This document shows, in pieces, positions 59,638 through 64,000 of a stretch of DNA of 64,000 nucleotides (positions are counted from its first letter, which is position 1; each line of letters begins with the position of its first letter). This DNA is from the human T2T-CHM13v2.0 reference genome, Homo sapiens. The stretch lies in the NCBI RefSeq assembly GCF_009914755.1, contig NC_060938.1; one strand, written 5' to 3'. The notes under the pieces were generated by a model, which was given only the letters and a program-made list of their open reading frames with translations, had not been told where the DNA came from and searched no databases. The translations under genes and the position numbers were made by a program.

Positions 59638-59813
59638 AATCCCTGTAACCATTCATCCAGGTGTTGAGAAGATATGTAGCAGCCGAGCACCCATCTTTTG
59701 ACACCGTCCTCTGAAATCAGCTTTGGAGATGCTTTCACTCTGTCCGTCTTCTGCAGCAGCCAGGCAGAGTGCCGACTCCTTCACAGCCGTGAGGAACTCT
59801 TCAGGCTCCAGAA
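59638..59813 (+). other. LRFN5: 176-bp internal 5'-UTR exon, probably LRFN5 exon 2
   Basis: Polypyrimidine tract plus tttgaag| acceptor; GAA|GTAAGT donor; GC/CpG-richer than flanks and non-repetitive; sequence and length match my recollection of LRFN5 c.-196 to c.-21 (unverified). Confidence 0.8.
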
Positions 59814-62264
59814 GTAAGTTGATTGCATTCAGTTCAATCATTGTCAGTGGGTTTAAAACACTTAAGGGAGGAAAACTAAAAATCTTGCTAACTTACATAC
59901 AAATTAAACCTAGTATTATTCATCACTGATTACCTTGTTTTTTGTTGTTGTTGTTGTTTTTGAGTCATATTTTTTGGAGATTCAATGTCTACCACTTTTT
60001 GTGTTGATAACCTCTATCCTTATGGAATTTTCTGATTTTTTTTTTTAGGATTTGTGTTTCACATGCATTATCATAATTTATACTTACAACCCTAAGGCCT
60101 GGACAAGGAATAGATTAAAATAACAATGTTTGCAAATGAATAAAAAGGTTCAAAATGACCAAATATTTTATCAAATTTGCTTGGCTAATAAACTATGAAA
60201 ATGGAATACAATTTCTCATTTTCTGAATTTAAAAAAAATAAGTGTTGTTTCCATGGCTTTGATGTCCAGTGCTATATAGAGGGTAATGAACTGGTGCTAG
60301 AAAGAGCACTTTTCCTGATTGGTTGGTTTATTGAATGATACGTTATCTGGGTCATTCAAGGAGAGTTTATGCCAGCCTTTAAATGTGCATACTAGAAAAA
60401 CAAAAGAAAATGAAAATCATATATGGGAAAATGAATTGAAATCAGGGGACATGAAGATCTGTAAAATGCATAACACAATGTACTGCATACCACCACAAAA
60501 CAAATTCCCAGCCATAAATTTATGTATGGGCTTTCTAACTTCTAGGGAAATCAGGTAAATGTATTAGTTAAAAGATTATTTATGGTCATAGGATTTGAAA
60601 ATAAAGACAACGTCTCAGGAAAAGTTCGGACTTTCCTGGTTCATACTTATGAGCCTGTTGTTTTGCCATGTTTCTAGTTTAACTTCATGTTTGAGGCATT
60701 TTTTTTTCTTCTCCTAAATACTTGATGTAAGCATTTCTTGTTGCTCTTGGGGATATATTTACATCGCAATGTCACTGCACAGAAAATTGATTGTAGGTGC
60801 ACTTTTATATAGAACAAAAGTTTGATATAGCTGAAATTGTCAGTGATTGGATGCTTGGCAGTTAAAATTTTCTTGAAGTGAACAGGTAAGAGATACTTAA
60901 TGAACCCACTTTTATTTTGCGACATATTACATGTCAATATGCAATAGAAATGCATATGTTATTAGAAGAACAGAAAAACTGTAGTTAAGAATTTATATCT
61001 GAATCATGATGTATCTAATTATATAACATTTAAAATAGGCAGCCAGTATGTTGTTGCTAGTATGCTCAAGGTGGTGTAGAAGGACTACTTTTAAGACATA
61101 TACAAAAATAATATATCTAGATTATATTGAGGTTAATTGATTATAAATGTGATGATGGTGTAAAATGATGAGTCTGAGTATGCAGATTGATTCATTCCAA
61201 ACATGATTTTAGTGTAGGTTTCTTCTTCCTATATTTTGTTACCTGGTGCTGCTTTTGTACATAATTTATTCATTTATTTTAGGAATTGCTTTTGTTGCTT
61301 TGCTTCTTTAGATTTCCATTAAATAAAACAACATGAGAAATGCATTCTAAATTTTCTGTGTTTTTCATGTTCTTAAGGAGACAGAGGACACTGTCCAAGC
61401 CTGAGGCGACTGTGAAAATGTAAAAATAGTGTGTTTCTTTATGGCAACCCCACAAGAAACTCCAGAGATTTTATCTGCCCAATTAGTTAATTAATAATTT
61501 TTTGTATGTTGTTTTCCACTGGCAAGACTTTTTCTAGATAAAAGCATTTACTTTACAAAAGCTGTTAGCAAAGGAACTGTGTTGACTGATAGATTCTCTA
61601 GCGTAAATCACAAAACAAAGTAAATTCAAACACATTTTCATTTACTAATTGCTAAAATCAAGGCCAAAAGATTTTCTTAATTAACCTGGAAATAAAAGGC
61701 TAACCAGAAATAATTTATATGTTGAAAAAGACTCTTCCAAGTTAATGCTTGATTTGGTTTTTTAAATTAGCAGTCCATTAGCGTGTAGAAGTAGTACCTC
61801 ATGTTCTCTATTTTTTCTTTGGAGTAACATTAGGTTAATGTCTTGCGTGAAATTAATCACTCTGAAAAAAAAAAAACAGAAAGTAAACACGTTCCTAATT
61901 AGGTTTGTCCAACTTCAAATAGCTCATTGAAAATTCATAGGACATCCATTAAAATCCCTTTAAAAATTAATGGAATACCAGAAACTTTCTTAGAGTGAAA
62001 CAGTGAATGGAGTAGTAGTAGCAGAATAATGATGCAATGGAATATCCACTTGTGATTAAGGAGGACAGCTGAGGTGGTAATGGTTGCTATTATGATTATT
62101 TTTCTCACTCTGGCATTTCCAATTAGCCTTGGACAGTAGAAGACTACTTTTGTCTGTTTCTCTATTCGTTCTCACTTGACAAAAGTATTGATGAAATTAA
62201 ACAGTGCTTAATGTCTTAACAGCAAATGTGCCTGTAGGTACATGCTTTTGAAAATACATACCTA

Positions 62265-62351
62265 TGTATGTGTGTGTATTTATGTGCATGTATGTGTATG
62301 TATATATTTACATATGTGTGTGTATATATGTATATATGTGTACGTATATGT
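62265..62351. repeat. Degenerate (TG/TA)n
   Basis: tatgtatgtgtgtgta... run. Confidence 0.85.
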
Positions 62352-62672
62352 AAAGATAATTTATTGTACACACAATGACGATAATTATTTTACAAAGCTA
62401 ATATTCCTTTTAACTATTAAGGTATCCTTAATGACATTAAATATATAATATTTAAGTGGTGCTTTATTTTTCTGAAATCAACTCCCTTATATTTAAAGTG
62501 TGTAAATTATCACCTTTTATGACATTATTTGAAAGTGGCTTAACTAGCTATCATAATAATTGTCAATATATTATCATTTGACAATTTGTAGTATTCTTTA
62601 CTAAACATTAATTTATTTGCCATGTATACCATTTCTATGAGTCCAGTTTTCATTTGTCTATTTCTTCAACCA

Positions 62673-63066
62673 TGTGTTAGTCCATTTTTGCATCACTATA
62701 AGGAAATACCCAAGGCTAGGTAATTTAGAAAGAAAAGAGATTTAACTGGCTCTTGGTTCTGCTGGCTGTACAGGAAGTGTGGTGGTGAGCCCCTCAGGAA
62801 GGTAATCATTATGACAGAAGGCAAAGGGGGAGCAGGCACATGACATGGAGAGAGTGGGAGCAGGAGAGAAAGTGGGGAGGTGCTTCACTCTTTTTAACAA
62901 CCGGATCTCACATGAACTAACTGACCAGGAATTTACTCATCACCAAGGAGCCATTCATGAGGTATCTATCCCCATGATCTAATACGTCTCACTAGGCCCC
63001 ACCTCCCACATTGGTGATTACATTGTAATAAGAGATTTGGAGGGGATAATCATCCAAACCTTGTCA
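62673..63066 (-). mobile_element. MSTA/MSTB-type 3' LTR
   Basis: tgtgttagtccatttttgcatcactataaggaaatacc ... atccaaaccttgtca, adjacent to the polypurine tract. Confidence 0.92.
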
Positions 63067-64000
63067 TTCCATCCCTGGCCCCCCCAAATCACATGTTCTT
63101 TTCAGATTGCAAAATACAATCATCGCTTGCCAATAGGCCCCAAGAGTTTTTAATCATTCCAACATTAAGTCTAAAGTCCTGTCTCATCTGAGACTCATCT
63201 CCTTCCACCTATGAGCCTGTAAAATCAAAATGAGTTATTTGGTCCCAAAATACAATGATGCTACTGGCATTGGGTAAGCATTACCATTCCAAAAGGGAGA
63301 AATTGGCAAAAAGCAAGGGGTAATAGACCCTGTACAACTCTGAAACCCAGCAGGGCAGGCATTAAATCTTAAAGCTCCAACACAATCCTCGACTTCATGT
63401 TCCACAGCATGTTGTGAAGGATGGGCCCCCAAGGACTTGGGTAGCCCTGTGCCTGTGGCTTTGCAGGACACAGTACACATAGCTGCTCTCACAGGTTGCA
63501 GTTGTATGCTTGTGGCTTTTCTGGGCAGAGGGTTCAAGCTGCCAGTGAATCTACCACTCTGGGTTCTGGAGGACAATGGTTTCCTTCCCACAGCTCCACT
63601 AGACAGTGTCCTGGTGGAGACTCTGTATGGGGCCTCCAATTCCATACTTTCCCTCAGCATTGCCCTGGTAGAGTTTCTCTGTGAGGAGCTCCACTCTTGT
63701 GGCAAGCTTCTGCTTGGGCACCCAGTCTTTCCTATATATCCTCTGAAATCTAGGTGGTAGCCACCAAGCCCCCTTCACGCTTGCAGATTTAACACCATGT
63801 GGAAACCACCAAGGCTTAAGGCTTGTGCCTTCTGGAGCTGTGGTTTGAGCTGTACTTGGGCCCCTTTGAGCCATTACATAGCTGGAGCAGCAAGTATATG
63901 GGGAGCAATATCTCAAGGCTGCTCAGGGCAGTGGGGCCCTAGGCCTGGCCCCTGAAACCATTCTATTCTCCTGGGCCTCTGGCCCTGGATCTCCTCGCCC
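63067..64000 (-). mobile_element. MST internal sequence (runs off the window)
   Basis: Begins with the PPT complement ttccatccctggccccc; homologous to 8466-9000; degenerate MaLR ORF remnants. Confidence 0.92.

Noticed and set aside
59653-59841. Minus-strand 62-aa ORF (MIELNAINLLLEPEEF...) that looks protein-like
   Set aside because: It is the antisense of the + strand exon; the splice signals are on +, and I recognise no homolog

Overview
AT-rich primate (most likely human) genomic DNA, more than half transposon-derived. I see no intact protein-coding gene, RNA gene or CRISPR array; nearly all ORFs in the track are L1, Alu or MaLR remnants or chance frames. The only host-gene signal is a 176-bp + strand exon (59638-59813) with canonical splice sites. 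From memory it matches non-coding exon 2 of LRFN5/SALM5 (14q21), which would make the window mostly intron 1; this is not database-verified. Main contents: an FKBP1B processed pseudogene, a full-length but inactive L1PA4-like element, and a 17-kb nested stack (L1MB > twin-primed L1MA > Alus, twin-primed L1PA7 and the pseudogene). There are also an internally deleted L1PA15/16, several MaLR LTRs (one chimeric), Alus, MIR/L2/L3 relics and microsatellites. I found no convincing new biological system. The best leads are transposon-derived alternative promoters or terminal exons for the host gene, uORFs in the exon, and several unusual rearrangement scars. Repeat subfamily calls are by eye against remembered consensus sequences.
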